Of a stretch of DNA of 64,000 nt, positions 50,067 through 63,009 are shown in pieces. Under the pieces are notes generated by a model. That model was given only the letters and a program-made list of their open reading frames with translations, was not told where the DNA came from and searched no databases. Both the position numbers and the translations under genes were made by a program. The stretch comes from Lepidogalaxias salamandroides (lineage: Eukaryota), in assembly GCA_049190665.1 (NCBI GenBank), contig CM110852.1; one strand, given 5' to 3'. The first letter of the stretch is position 1. Every line of letters begins with the position of its first letter.

Positions 50067-50453
50067 CGTACCTTGGTGCACCCTGGGTAATGAAGTTTAG
50101 GGGCTCCCAACAAAAGGCTGTTGTACAACATGCCGATTCATAGTGAAACTTCATTACCCTGGGTGCACTAAGTGACGCAAGTCTGGGAGCTAGGCAATAG
50201 AAAGGGTTATTTATAATGAACCGGTACGTGCCGGTACGCAAGAAAAACTCTCGGTACTCCGCAGAGTAAAATGTAGAAGTTCCGGTGCGAAAAATATTGC
50301 ATCCTGATCTATTAGAAATAATGCGCTTCGCCTTGCGTCATTTAAAATGTGCAACACATCGACAATATATAATATTGCATGTAGATATAATAAGCAGTTT
50401 TCTAGACAGACGTTGAAGTAGGACACAGCCCGTAGGGGTGTTGCCTCCGCTCT

Positions 50454-53400
50454 GGGGTCTGTTTCAAGTAGCAGGTTAGGATGTGTTTAAGTTTAAACCA
50501 GGGGTCTGTTTCAAGTAGCAGGTTAGGATGTGTTTAAGTTTAAACCAAGGGTCTGTTTCAAGTAGCAGGTTAGGATGTGTTTAAGTTTAAACCAGGGGTC
50601 TGTTTCAAGTAGCAGGTTAGGATGTGTTTAAGTTTAAACCAGGGGTCTGTTTCAAGTAGCAGGTTAGGATGTGTTTAAGTTTAAACCAGGGGTCTGTTTC
50701 AAGTAGCAGGTTAGGATGTGTTTAAGTTTAAACCAGGGGTCTGTTTCAAGTAGCAGGTTAGGATGTGTTTAAGTTTAAACCAGGGGTCTGTTTCAAGTAG
50801 CAGGTTAGGATGTGTTTAAGTTTAAACCAGGGGTCTGTTTCAAGTAGCAGGTTAGGATGTGTTTAAGTTTAAACCAGGGGTCTGTTTCAAGTAGCAGGTT
50901 AGGATGTGTTTAAGTTTAAACCAGGGGTCTGTTTCAAGTAGCAGGTTAGGATGTGTTTAAGTTTAAACCAGGGGTCTGTTTCAAGTAGCAGGTTAGGATG
51001 TGTTTAAGTTTAAGCCAGGGGTCTGTTTCAAGTAGCAGGTTAGGATGTGTTTAAGTTTAAACCAGGGGTCTGTTTCAAGTAGCAGGTTAGGATGTGTTTA
51101 AGTTTAAGCCAGGGGTCTGTTTCAAGTAGCAGGTTAGGATGTGTTTAAGTTTAAACCAGGGGTCTGTTTCAAGTAGCAGGTTAGGATGTGTTTAAGTTTA
51201 AACCAGGGGTCTGTTTCAAGTAGCAGGTTAGGATGTGTTTAAGTTTAAACCAGGGGTCTGTTTCAAGTAGCAGGTTAGGATGTGTTTAAGTTTAAACCAG
51301 GGGTCTGTTTCAAGTAGCAGGTTAGGATGTGTTTAAGTTTAAACCAGGGGTCTGTTTCAAGTAGCAGGTTAGGATGTGTTTAAGTTTAAACCAGGGGTCT
51401 GTTTCAAGTAGCAGGTTAGGATGTGTTTAAGTTTAAACCAGGGGTCTGTTTCAAGTAGCAGGTTAGGATGTGTTTAAGTTTAAACCAGGGGTCTGTTTCA
51501 AGTAGCAGGTTAGGATGTGTTTAAGTTTAAACCAGGGGTCTGTTTCAAGTAGCAGGTTAGGATGTGTTTAAGTTTAAACCAGGGGTCTGTTTCAAGTAGC
51601 AGGTTAGGATGTGTTTAAGTTTAAACCAGGGGTCTGTTTCAAGTAGCAGGTTAGGATGTGTTTAAGTTTAAACCAAGGGTCTGTTTCAAGTAGCAGGTTA
51701 GGATGTGTTTAAGTTTAAACCAGGGGTCTGTTTCAAGTAGCAGGTTAGGATGTGTTTAAGTTTAAACCAGGGGTCTGTTTCAAGTAGCAGGTTAGGATGT
51801 GTTTAAGTTTAAACCAGGGGTCTGTTTCAAGTAGCAGGTTAGGATGTGTTTAAGTTTAAACCAGGGGTCTGTTTCAAGTAGCAGGTTAGGATGTGTTTAA
51901 GTTTAAACCAGGGGTCTGTTTCAAGTAGCAGGTTAGGATGTGTTTAAGTTTAAACCAGGGGTCTGTTTCAAGTAGCAGGTTAGGATGTGTTTAAGTTTAA
52001 ACCAGGGGTCTGTTTCAAGTAGCAGGTTAGGATGTGTTTAAGTTTAAACCAGGGGTCTGTTTCAAGTAGCAGGTTAGGATGTGTTTAAGTTTAAACCAAG
52101 GGTCTGTTTCAAGTAGCAGGTTAGGATGTGTTTAAGTTTAAACCAAGGGTCTGTTTCAAGTAGCAGGTTAGGATGTGTTTAAGTTTAAACCAGGGGTCTG
52201 TTTCAAGTAGCAGGTTAGGATGTGTTTAAGTTTAAACCAGGGGTCTGTTTCAAGTAGCAGGTTAGGATGTGTTTAAGTTTAAACCAGGGGTCTGTTTCAA
52301 GTAGCAGGTTAGGATGTGTTTAAGTTTAAACCAGGGGTCTGTTTCAAGTAGCAGGTTAGGATGTGTTTAAGTTTAAACCAGGGGTCTGTTTCAAGTAGCA
52401 GGTTAGGATGTGTTTAAGTTTAAACCAGGGGTCTGTTTCAAGTAGCAGGTTAGGATGTGTTTAAGTTTAAACCAGGGGTCTGTTTCAAGTAGCAGGTTAG
52501 GATGTGTTTAAGTTTAAACCAGGGGTCTGTTTCAAGTAGCAGGTTAGGATGTGTTTAAGTTTAAACCAGGGGTCTGTTTCAAGTAGCAGGTTAGGATGTG
52601 TTTAAGTTTAAACCAGGGGTCTGTTTCAAGTAGCAGGTTAGGATGTGTTTAAGTTTAAACCAGGGGTCTGTTTCAAGTAGCAGGTTAGGATGTGTTTAAG
52701 TTTAAACCAGGGGTCTGTTTCAAGTAGCAGGTTAGGATGTGTTTAAGTTTAAACCAGGGGTCTGTTTCAAGTAGCAGGTTAGGATGTGTTTAAGTTTAAA
52801 CCAGGGGTCTGTTTCAAGTAGCAGGTTAGGATGTGTTTAAGTTTAAACCAGGGGTCTGTTTCAAGTAGCAGGTTAGGATGTGTTTAAGTTTAAACCAGGG
52901 GTCTGTTTCAAGTAGCAGGTTAGGATGTGTTTAAGTTTAAACCAGGGGTCTGTTTCAAGTAGCAGGTTAGGATGTGTTTAAGTTTAAACCAGGGGTCTGT
53001 TTCAAGTAGCAGGTTAGGATGTGTTTAAGTTTAAACCAGGGGTCTGTTTCAAGTAGCAGGTTAGGATGTGTTTAAGTTTAAACCAGGGGTCTGTTTCAAG
53101 TAGCAGGTTAGGATGTGTTTAAGTTTAAACCAGGGGTCTGTTTCAAGTAGCAGGTTAGGATGTGTTTAAGTTTAAACCAAGGGTCTGTTTCAAGTAGCAG
53201 GTTAGGATGTGTTTAAGTTTAAACCAGGGGTCTGTTTCAAGTAGCAGGTTAGGATGTGTTTAAGTTTAAACCAGGGGTCTGTTTCAAGTAGCAGGTTAGG
53301 ATGTGTTTAAGTTTAAACCAGGGGTCTGTTTCAAGTAGCAGGTTAGGATGTGTTTAAGTTTAAACCAGGGGTCTGTTTCAAGTAGCAGGTTAGGATGTGT

Positions 53401-56215
53401 TTAAGTTTAAACCAGGGGTCTGTTTCAAGTAGCAGGTTAGGATGTGTTTAAGTTTAAACCAGGGGTCTGTTTCAAGTAGCAGGTTAGGATGTGTTTAAGT
53501 TTAAACCAGGGGTCTGTTTCAAGTAGCAGGTTAGGATGTGTTTAAGTTTAAACCAGGGGTCTGTTTCAAGTAGCAGGTTAGGATGTGTTTAAGTTTAAAC
53601 CAGGGGTCTGTTTCAAGTAGCAGGTTAGGATGTGTTTAAGTTTAAACCAGGGGTCTGTTTCAAGTAGCAGGTTAGGATGTGTTTAAGTTTAAACCAGGGG
53701 TCTGTTTCAAGTAGCAGGTTAGGATGTGTTTAAGTTTAAACCAGGGGTCTGTTTCAAGTAGCAGGTTAGGATGTGTTTAAGTTTAAACCAGGGGTCTGTT
53801 TCAAGTAGCAGGTTAGGATGTGTTTAAGTTTAAACCAGGGGTCTGTTTCAAGTAGCAGGTTAGGATGTGTTTAAGTTTAAACCAGGGGTCTGTTTCAAGT
53901 AGCAGGTTAGGATGTGTTTAAGTTTAAACCAGGGGTCTGTTTCAAGTAGCAGGTTAGGATGTGTTTAAGTTTAAACCAGGGGTCTGTTTCAAGTAGCAGG
54001 TTAGGATGTGTTTAAGTTTAAACCAGGGGTCTGTTTCAAGTAGCAGGTTAGGATGTGTTTAAGTTTAAACCAAGGGTCTGTTTCAAGTAGCAGGTTAGGA
54101 TGTGTTTAAGTTTAAACCAGGGGTCTGTTTCAAGTAGCAGGTTAGGATGTGTTTAAGTTTAAACCAGGGGTCTGTTTCAAGTAGCAGGTTAGGATGTGTT
54201 TAAGTTTAAACCAGGGGTCTGTTTCAAGTAGCAGGTTAGGATGTGTTTAAGTTTAAACCAGGGGTCTGTTTCAAGTAGCAGGTTAGGATGTGTTTAAGTT
54301 TAAACCAGGGGTCTGTTTCAAGTAGCAGGTTAGGATGTGTTTAAGTTTAAACCAGGGGTCTGTTTCAAGTAGCAGGTTAGGATGTGTTTAAGTTTAAACC
54401 AGGGGTCTGTTTCAAGTAGCAGGTTAGGATGTGTTTAAGTTTAAACCAGGGGTCTGTTTCAAGTAGCAGGTTAGGATGTGTTTAAGTTTAAACCAGGGGT
54501 CTGTTTGAAGTAGCAGGTTAGGATGTGTTTAAGTTTAAACCAGGGGTCTGTTTCAAGTAGCAGGTTAGGATGTGTTTAAGTTTAAACCAGGGGTCTGTTT
54601 GAAGTAGCAGGTTAGGATGTGTTTAAGTTTAAACCAGGGGTCTGTTTCAAGTAGCAGGTTAGGATGTGTTTAAGTTTAAACCAGGGGTCTGTTTCAAGTA
54701 GCAGGTTAGGATGTGTTTAAGTTTAAACCAGGGGTCTGTTTCAAGTAGCAGGTTAGGATGTGTTTAAGTTTAAACCAGGGGTCTGTTTCAAGTAGCAGGT
54801 TAGGATGTGTTTAAGTTTAAACCAAGGGTCTGTTTCAAGTAGCAGGTTAGGATGTGTTTAAGTTTAAACCAAGGGTCTGTTTCAAGTAGCAGGTTAGGAT
54901 GTGTTTAAGTTTAAACCAGGGGTCTGTTTCAAGTAGCAGGTTAGGATGTGTTTAAGTTTAAACCAGGGGTCTGTTTCAAGTAGCAGGTTAGGATGTGTTT
55001 AAGTTTAAACCAGGGGTCTGTTTCAAGTAGCAGGTTAGGATGTGTTTAAGTTTAAACCAGGGGTCTGTTTCAAGTAGCAGGTTAGGATGTGTTTAAGTTT
55101 AAACCAGGGGTCTGTTTCAAGTAGCAGGTTAGGATGTGTTTAAGTTTAAACCAGGGGTCTGTTTCAAGTAGCAGGTTAGGATGTGTTTAAGTTTAAACCA
55201 GGGGTCTGTTTCAAGTAGCAGGTTAGGATGTGTTTAAGTTTAAACCAGGGGTCTGTTTCAAGTAGCAGGTTAGGATGTGTTTAAGTTTAAACCAGGGGTC
55301 TGTTTCAAGTAGCAGGTTAGGATGTGTTTAAGTTTAAACCAGGGGTCTGTTTCAAGTAGCAGGTTAGGATGTGTTTAAGTTTAAACCAGGGGTCTGTTTG
55401 AAGTAGCAGGTTAGGATGTGTTTAAGTTTAAACCAGGGGTCTGTTTGAAGTAGCAGGTTAGGATGTGTTTAAGTTTAAACCAGGGGTCTGTTTCAAGTAG
55501 CAGGTTAGGATGTGTTTAAGTTTAAACCAGGGGTCTGTTTCAAGTAGCAGGTTAGGATGTGTTTAAGTTTAAACCAGGGGTCTGTTTCAAGTAGCAGGTT
55601 AGGATGTGTTTAAGTTTAAACCAGGGGTCTGTTTCAAGTAGCAGGTTAGGATGTGTTTAAGTTTAAACCAGGGGTCTGTTTCAAGTAGCAGGTTAGGATG
55701 TGTTTAAGTTTAAACCAGGGGTCTGTTTCAAGTAGCAGGTTAGGATGTGTTTAAGTTTAAACCAGGGGTCTGTTTCAAGTAGCAGGTTAGGATGTGTTTA
55801 AGTTTAAACCAGGGGTCTGTTTCAAGTAGCAGGTTAGGATGTGTTTAAGTTTAAACCAGGGGTCTGTTTCAAGTAGCAGGTTAGGATGTGTTTAAGTTTA
55901 AACCAGGGGTCTGTTTGAAGTAGCAGGTTAGGATGTGTTTAAGTTTAAACCAGGGGTCTGTTTCAAGTAGCAGGTTAGGATGTGTTTAAGTTTAAACCAG
56001 GGGTCTGTTTCAAGTAGCAGGTTAGGATGTGTTTAAGTTTAAACCAGGGGTCTGTTTCAAGTAGCAGGTTAGGATGTGTTTAAGTTTAAACCAGGGGTCT
56101 GTTTCAAGTAGCAGGTTAGGATGTGTTTAAGTTTAAACCAGGGGTCTGTTTCAAGTAGCAGGTTAGGATGTGTTTAAGTTTAAACCAGGGGTCTGTTTCA
56201 AGTAGCAGGTTAGGA
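50454..56215. repeat. Highly homogeneous 47-bp minisatellite/satellite array, about 122 copies (about 5.76 kb): ggggtctgtttcaagtagcaggttaggatgtgtttaagtttaaacca
   Basis: The period is 47 bp, measured from successive ggggtctg occurrences at 50454 and 50501. Only sparse variants occur (ccaaggg, gtttgaag, tttaagcc). Each unit contains GTTTAAAC. Confidence 0.97.
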
Positions 56216-57015
56216 TACTGATACAGGCTGCAGGGGGGTGCAGGGAGGAAAGGACAAGTACAAATTGCGCACGAGAGCTGTAAATAAACGACTGCCCGCG
56301 CACCGACGTGCCAAACTTTATAGTCGCCGTGCGTAAAGTGCGCGAGCCGGCGTGAACCAAACATGACGTCATCAGGGCCCTCGCGCACCTGACGCGTTGA
56401 AGCTCCGCGAGCAGAGCGCGTGCGTGTACCGCCCGCGCGCTTAACGCACTGCAAGTCACGGCGACTCAACTATAGAAAACAAATGAAGAATAAACGCTCT
56501 ACACGTTGCTGACCGTCTTTTAATATGGAAACCTTCTCAAGCCCACCAAGGAACTTTACCGTAGTAAAATAACGTTGTAGCACGAGTCTAATACAACTTA
56601 ACTGAAACAAAAACTGTTAAATCGCAAAAATGAAACTCTACTTGTCATCTACTCAGGCAAATAAAGAACCAGCACAACAAAATACCCAGTTCAATAATAT
56701 CTCATATGGTAAATATGGTATATTGCATACTACAATAAGCATTTGAATCACGTAGGCCTACCTTATGCGTTGTTAAAAATGCACACTTCTTTAAAAGTAT
56801 CATGTTTTACATTCTGTGTCCATTGGGTGTGATTGAGACCACGCCCACCCGCACCAGACCACGCCCACCGGCACCAGCTGGACTCCTAAGATAAAACACA
56901 GTCCTCTCCTCCCAGTTAGACCTGAACCTTATAAAACACAGTCCTCTCCTCCCAGTTAGACCTGAACCTTATAAAACACAGTCCTCTCCTCTCAGTTAGA
57001 CCTGAACCTTATAAA
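56216..57015. repeat. Copy 2 of the duplicated flank plus 3 units of the 40-bp minisatellite
   Basis: It aligns with 48880-50066 with indels. It has an extra segment 56397-56470 relative to copy 1, and it lacks the LINE 3' fragment. Confidence 0.8.
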
Positions 57016-57566
57016 ACGAAATTAGAAAGTAGAAATGACTAAAAGCCAATTTATCTTTGTTTTCACAAATAGACAAGAGATTTCACAAATCTGAAACATG
57101 ATTATAAAGCGTCTTTAGGGACCACATAGTCTTGCGATACTAGATGATCGGAGATCTCGCAGAGTTCTCATGTCACCTACCAAACGTCTGGGGACATCTA
57201 CATGCAAAATCATCGTTTCAAGCGGCGAGAACGGCTGCTAACAAACCACGCCCCTTACATTACGTCATGAACACGCCTTCCCGGAAACGCTGCTGTCCCC
57301 CCTTTCTCCTCCGTAGTGAAGCGAACTGGAGATATAGTGAATATATAGTGTTAACATGGAGAGAGCTTTTTAAAACATTACATATAACAAAAGTTTACAC
57401 TCTAAAAACGAATTCAGAGGACCTTTAGCCATTAGTTAAATATATATGTTTATGAGATAAATATATAGAGATATATGAGATATATTATGAGATTATATAT
57501 TATATATTATAATAATAATAATAAACATTGAATTTATATAGCGCTTTTCTGAGACCCAAAGACGCT

Positions 57567-57600
<34 letters not shown>

Positions 57601-57713
57601 TATGAGATAAAAAATCAAGTTCTATGATATTGTTAGACTTTTTGTTTATAATTGTTATTTTAATGAGCTCTGATGACACAAAAACTATGCATATTGTTTC
57701 AATATAGTATCAT

Positions 57714-60700
57714 TGTTACGGGGGTGTTTGTGAGGAAGCACATGCATGGCAGGAAACAGGGTACAAAGCCTCACAGGGCGTTTTAATGAAAAAAGGGGAA
57801 AAAAACACTGGAGCGAGCGATCGGGACTTAGGGTGACCGGAGCTGCTCCGAGTGGATTCTGTGACGAGAGAAGAAAAATGGGGTAAGTAACAGGTCGAGA
57901 AAAAGCACAAGTAAGTCTGTCTTACGAAACTGACAATCGATGTTACCACTTGCCAGAGTTTTCGAAGGGAAGATCTGGCGACGAGTGACGGGAAGACCGG
58001 GGTTCTTATAGTCGCCAGCATGAGGTGATCAGTGACAACACCTGTGCGGCGGAGCGCACGTTGTGAACGAGCCGAGGTGTTGGGCATGGCAAGCGGGGTA
58101 GCGGGGACAGGAAGGGGGGTGGTGGAACCGTAACAGTACCCCCCCCCCCTGACGGGAGCCTCCTGGCGACCGTCCGGGAGCATCAGGATGGGTGATGTAG
58201 AAGTCCCGGAGAAGATCAGGTTCCATGATGAGCCGGCGGGATATTCAACTCCGCTCCTCAGGGCCGTATCCCTCTCAATCTGCCAGATACTGGAATCCAC
58301 GCCCCTGGCGGCGAACTTTCAGCAAACGCCAGACTGTCCATTGGGGTTGACCATTGACCATCTGTGGCGGAGGCGGGGTCGGGAGTGGGGGAACCAGCGG
58401 GCTCAGGGAGTATGGTTTCACCTTTGACACGTGGAAAACTGGATGGACCCGCCGCAGGGACATGGGAAGCCTCAGGCGGACGGCAACCGCGTTGATGATG
58501 CGGTCGATCTCGTATGGCCCGATGAACCTGGACGAACCTGGGATCCGCCGCCGATTGGCTCTCCGACGGGCACGGTCTGTGGCCTTGGTCACGGCCGAGC
58601 GCACCCTCTCCACACCCGGCGACACCGATGGAGATGTGTCTGCATGGATGGGACCGCGGACTCCTCCTCCTGGAGCGAGAAGACTGGTGGTTGGTAGCCA
58701 AGAGAGCACTCAAACGGGGACCTTCCCGTGGCCGCACTGGTCATAATGTTGAGCGAGTACTCCACCCAAGGTAAATCCTTGCTCCAAGAAGCGGGGTGTA
58801 GTGCGGAGACGCAACGGAGGGCTGCCTCCAGGCTCTGGTTGGCTCTTTCCGCTTGGCCGTTCGACTGGGGGTGAAAACCGGATGACAGGCAGGTAGCTCC
58901 CAACTCCTTGCAGAGCGCCCGCCAGACCTGCGACGTGAACTGAGGGCCGCGTTCACTGACGATGTCTGCAGGAAGACAGTGGAGGCGGTAGACGTGCTGC
59001 ATGAGCAGTTCGGCGGTCTCCATGGAGGAAGGGAGCTTCGGGAGAGCGATGAGATGCACGGCCTTGGAAAAGCGGTCAACTACTGTGAGTACCGTGGTGT
59101 TCCCATGAGAGGAGGGCAGACCGGTAACAAAGTCTACGGCGATGTGAGACCACGGCCTCTGGGGAACCGGCAGGGGGCGTAGCAGACCCATTGGTGGTTG
59201 GTGGGACGACTTGCTACAAGCGCAGGCGGGGCAGGCAGAAACAAACTCTCTCACATCTGCTGTCATGGTTGGCCACCAGAACCTCCGACGCAGAAATGAC
59301 AGAGTGCGGTGCACCCCGGGGTGGTAAGCGAACCGACTGGCGTGGCCGCATTGCAGGACCTGGGACCTGGCACTGTCCGGAACGAAGAGGCGGTTCTGTG
59401 GCCCGGTTCGTGGACGCGTTGGGCCCGCCTAACGGCTGTTTCGATGTTCATTGTGATGGCCCCGATTACCTGGGAGGCGGGCATGATGGTGATGGGGTTG
59501 ATGGGGTTCCTTTCCCCCGAGTGGACCCGAGACAGAGCGTCAGCCTTGGTGTTCTTGGACCCCGGACGGTAGGTGATGTGGAAACTGAATCTCCCTAAAA
59601 ACAGAGCCCAGCACGCCTGGCGGGAGTTCAGGCGCTTGGCCGCACGGAGGTAGGTGAGGTTACGGTGGTCCGACCAGACAGTGACGGGGTGTTCTGCTCC
59701 CTCCAGCCAGTGCCGCCACTCCTCAAAGGCCCCCACCACCGGCAGTAGTTCCCTGTTGCCGATGTCATAATTGGCCTCGGCTGGAGTATAGCGGCGCGAG
59801 AAGAAGGCACAGGGATGGAACTTGTGGTCTGTCTCCGACTGTTGAGAAAGGGCCCCCCCGATACCGGTGTCCGAGGCGTCCACCTCCACCATGAAGGGTC
59901 TTGAGGGGTCCGGGTTGATCAGGACCAGAGCGGAGGTGAAACGTCTCTTAAGATCGGAGAAAGCAACGCTGGCTGCCGGTGTCCAGGTAAAAGGACGCAG
60001 AGTGGACGTGAGGGAAGACAGGGGGGCGGCCACCTGGCTGTAATTTCTGATAAAACGTCAGTAGAAATTTGCAAAGCCCAGAAAGCTCTGAAGCTGTTTT
60101 CTGTTGCTGGGTTGGGGCCACTCCACCACGCTCTGGATCTTCCGAGGATCCGGTCGGGTCTGACCCCCCTCCACAATGAGCCCCAAGAACTCGACCGAGG
60201 GGGCATGAAAAGTGCATTTTTCCGCCTTGAGGAAGAGGCGGTTTTCCAGTAACCGCTGGATGACTAGGCGCACATAGTTGTAACACATATTGTAAAGGCG
60301 GCTGGCTGGAAGGCGGGCACCCGGGAGAAGCTCGATGGCGCAATCGTAGGGTCGATGGGGGGGGTAATGTCCGCGCACGCTCCCTGCTAAAAGCCTCTGC
60401 CAGGTCATGATAGATGGGGGAATCCTAGACAGGTTGGATGTCTCCAGAGGAGGTCGGACGGGGTTTGTGGGGACCCGGACTGTTCAAAGGCAGCGGTTGT
60501 GACAAGCGGGACTCCAACTGAGGACTCGGGCCGGTCCGTAGTCGAGGTGAGGAACATGAATCTCCAACCAGGGTCTTCCGAGAATGAGGGGGGATTTGGG
60601 GGACTTGATGACAAACAGTCGGATCTCCTCCACGTGGTTACCGGAGAGCTTCAGGGTAAGAGAACATGTGCGATGAGTGATGGGTCCCAGACTGTGCCCG

Positions 60701-62418
60701 TCAATGGCCTGGACTGAGATTGGAGAGGCGAGGGGGTCCAGAGGAATGGCCGCCTGGTGAGCGAAGAGAACATCTATGAAGTTACCGTCGGCACCAGAGT
60801 CGATGAGAGCCCCAACGGAGAGAGTCTGGTCTTGCCACGAAAGAGTTGCCTGGAACCTGGCAGGACTGGGGGTTGTGGGGGTGTGAGGTAGCTGGCTCAC
60901 CAGGAGGCCCCGTGTCGCTGGTGAGCCTAATCTTTTGGCAGGAGAGGACAGTCGTTACGTCGGTGTCCCTTCTGTCCACAGTATAAACACAGGCCCTGAG
61001 TTTGACGATGCTCCTTCTCTGCAGCAGACAGTCGGGTTCTTCCCAATTGCATGGGCTCATCGTTGGGAAGAGTGGCCGCCGTTGGTCCTGGAGCACCTGG
61101 GAAGCAGGGATAGCCAGATGGAACCACAGGCATGGCGCGGACAGGTGGTAGATCGTGAGCGGCGGGACCTCTCTCTCTCCTACGTTCCCGGCTACGTACG
61201 TCTATGTTGATGGCGAGTGATTCCCTCAGGGTCCTGGGTTTGTCGCGGACGAGCTCGTCCTTGACGTTCTCGCACAGGCCCTGGCGAAAAGCGCTGCATA
61301 ACCCCGCGTCGTTCCAACCGCTCCCGGCCGCGAGGGTGTGGAACTCCGTGGAATACGCGGCTACAGTGTGGTTACCCTGGCGGATCGACATCAAGCGCGC
61401 CCCCACATCCTGCCCCGCAGTGGGGTGATTGAACACTCTCTTAAATTCAATCAAGAAAGCATCATAATCCTCGTAAAGATCGGAGCGGGCACAGAGAGTG
61501 GCTTCGGCCCAAGTTAAAGCATCGCCCGTGGTCAGGCTGGTCACAAAAGCGACACGAGCGGCAGGTGAATGATACTGACTAGGTTGGTGGCGAAAGATTA
61601 AATCACACTGCATGATGAAACCCCGGAAAAGAGAAAAGTTACCATCGAAGGCCCGGGGGCTAGCCAGGTGTGGCTCACGGATCGGCTCGGGGAGTGGAGC
61701 TTGAAGGGGTACCGCGGGTAGGGGCGGAGCGGCGGCAGGAGACGGTGCCGCGGGAGCGACCAACGTGGTCACCTGCTCTGACAAGGCCTGGAGCATGGAC
61801 GTGACGTTCTGCATCTGTAGCGTGTAGTTGTCGTGTCGAGCCTCCAGAGCCTGGAGTCGCTCGGTCGAAGACCGCATGGCCTCCGAAGCCTCCTGGAGTA
61901 TGCGAGCGTGTTCGGCGAGAACGCCGGCCTGGGCCCGAATAGCTCCCATCAGGTGATCTGCAGGCGGTGTTCCTCCTGAAGGTGATGCTGAGCCGGCTGC
62001 TTCCATTTTGGCCAGATCTTCTGTTACGGGGGTGTTTGTGAGGAAGCACACGCATGGCAGGAAACAGGGTACAAAGCCTCACAGGGCGTTTTAATGAAAA
62101 AAGGGAAAAAAAACACTGGAGCGAGCGATCGGGACTTGGGGTGACCGGAGCTCCTCCGAGTGGATTTTGTGACGAGAGAAGAAAAACGGGGTAAGTAACA
62201 GGTCGAGAAAAAACACGAGTAAACATAGAGTAAGTCTGTCTTACGAAACCAACGATCGATGTTACGACTTGCCAGAGTTTTCGAAGGGAAGATCTTGCGT
62301 GAGGTGATCAGTGACAACACCTGTGCGGCGGAGCGCACGTTGTGCACGAGCCGAGGTGTTGGCCGTGGCAAGCGGGGTAGCGGGGACAGGAAGGGGGTGT
62401 GGAGGTGGAACCATAACA
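57714..62418 (-). mobile_element. Deletion-derivative copy of the chromovirus-like Ty3/gypsy element (RT largely deleted, multiple frameshifts), TSD ATCAT
   Basis: LTRs lie at 57714-58135 and 62030-62418, with TGTTACGG..ATAACA termini and an indel of about 35 bp. ATCAT sits at 57709-57713 and 62419-62423. The gag ORF 60927..62051 is intact (374 aa, CCHC knuckle [14 protein letters not shown]). PR is ORF 60484..60900. ORF 60058..60408 shows the RT deletion junction ([15 protein letters not shown]). IN is 58589..59314 and the chromodomain is 58275..58709 (FQYLADW..). Confidence 0.85.
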
Positions 62419-62476
62419 ATCATGACTAACCCAGACTTAAAATCTTCTGTTCATCAATAAAGAACAACATTTTAAG

Positions 62477-63009
62477 TAGTGATGTGTCGTTTGTGAACGA
62501 GCCGATTCTTTCTAGCGAACGAGCCGACTCCCGTTGGGGAGAGCCGAATCTTCAGCCGCTCCTGCTCAGCTCTGCTGAGAATCCAATGCAGTCAGGGGCG
62601 GGACTTTATTTTGATGGGCACACCATGCGGCCAGAGGATAGGATCATACCATTATGTCTCCAAAGACAGCGAGTGTAGTGGTACAGGCCAGGTACACACA
62701 GAGCGACAGAGAGACGGGGGAGCCAGATTTAAATCCAAGCGCGCCAGGAAAAAGTTCAGAAATGAGCGAAAACAGAAAAAGAAGCAGCATCTGTTTATAG
62801 CAGTTGTTTATTTGTTTGCTGTGGTTCTGTGTTCAGTTGTTCATTTAAAGGTTCGATTAAAATGTTAAACAATAGTAACTGTGTCTTTTTTTTTATAACG
62901 AAAAAAAATGCATAAAAAGAGCCATTTGGGAGCCGTAAGAGCCGGCTCTTCTAAGGAAGCCGAGCCAAAAGAGCCGAATCTTTGAAAAGAGCCGTACTTC
63001 CCATCACTA
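62477..63009. mobile_element. hAT-type MITE: TIR TAGTGATG.., 8-bp TSD ATTTTAAG, subterminal GAGCCG repeats
   Basis: The left end is attttaag|tagtgatgtgtcg. The right end is cccatcacta|attttaag. The motif (g/a)agccg(a/t) is repeated near both ends. Confidence 0.55.

Noticed and set aside
50454-56215. Regular 47-bp repeats superficially resembling a CRISPR array
   Set aside because: There are no unique spacers and the units are directly abutting identical 47-mers. The context is eukaryotic, with introns, SINEs and LTR retrotransposons. It is a minisatellite.
57144-57428. 94-aa plus-strand ORF (MIGDLAEFSCHLPNVWGHL..) between the minisatellite flank and the LTR element
   Set aside because: It has no recognisable domain, no splice context, and overlaps AT-rich microsatellite. 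It is probably spurious.
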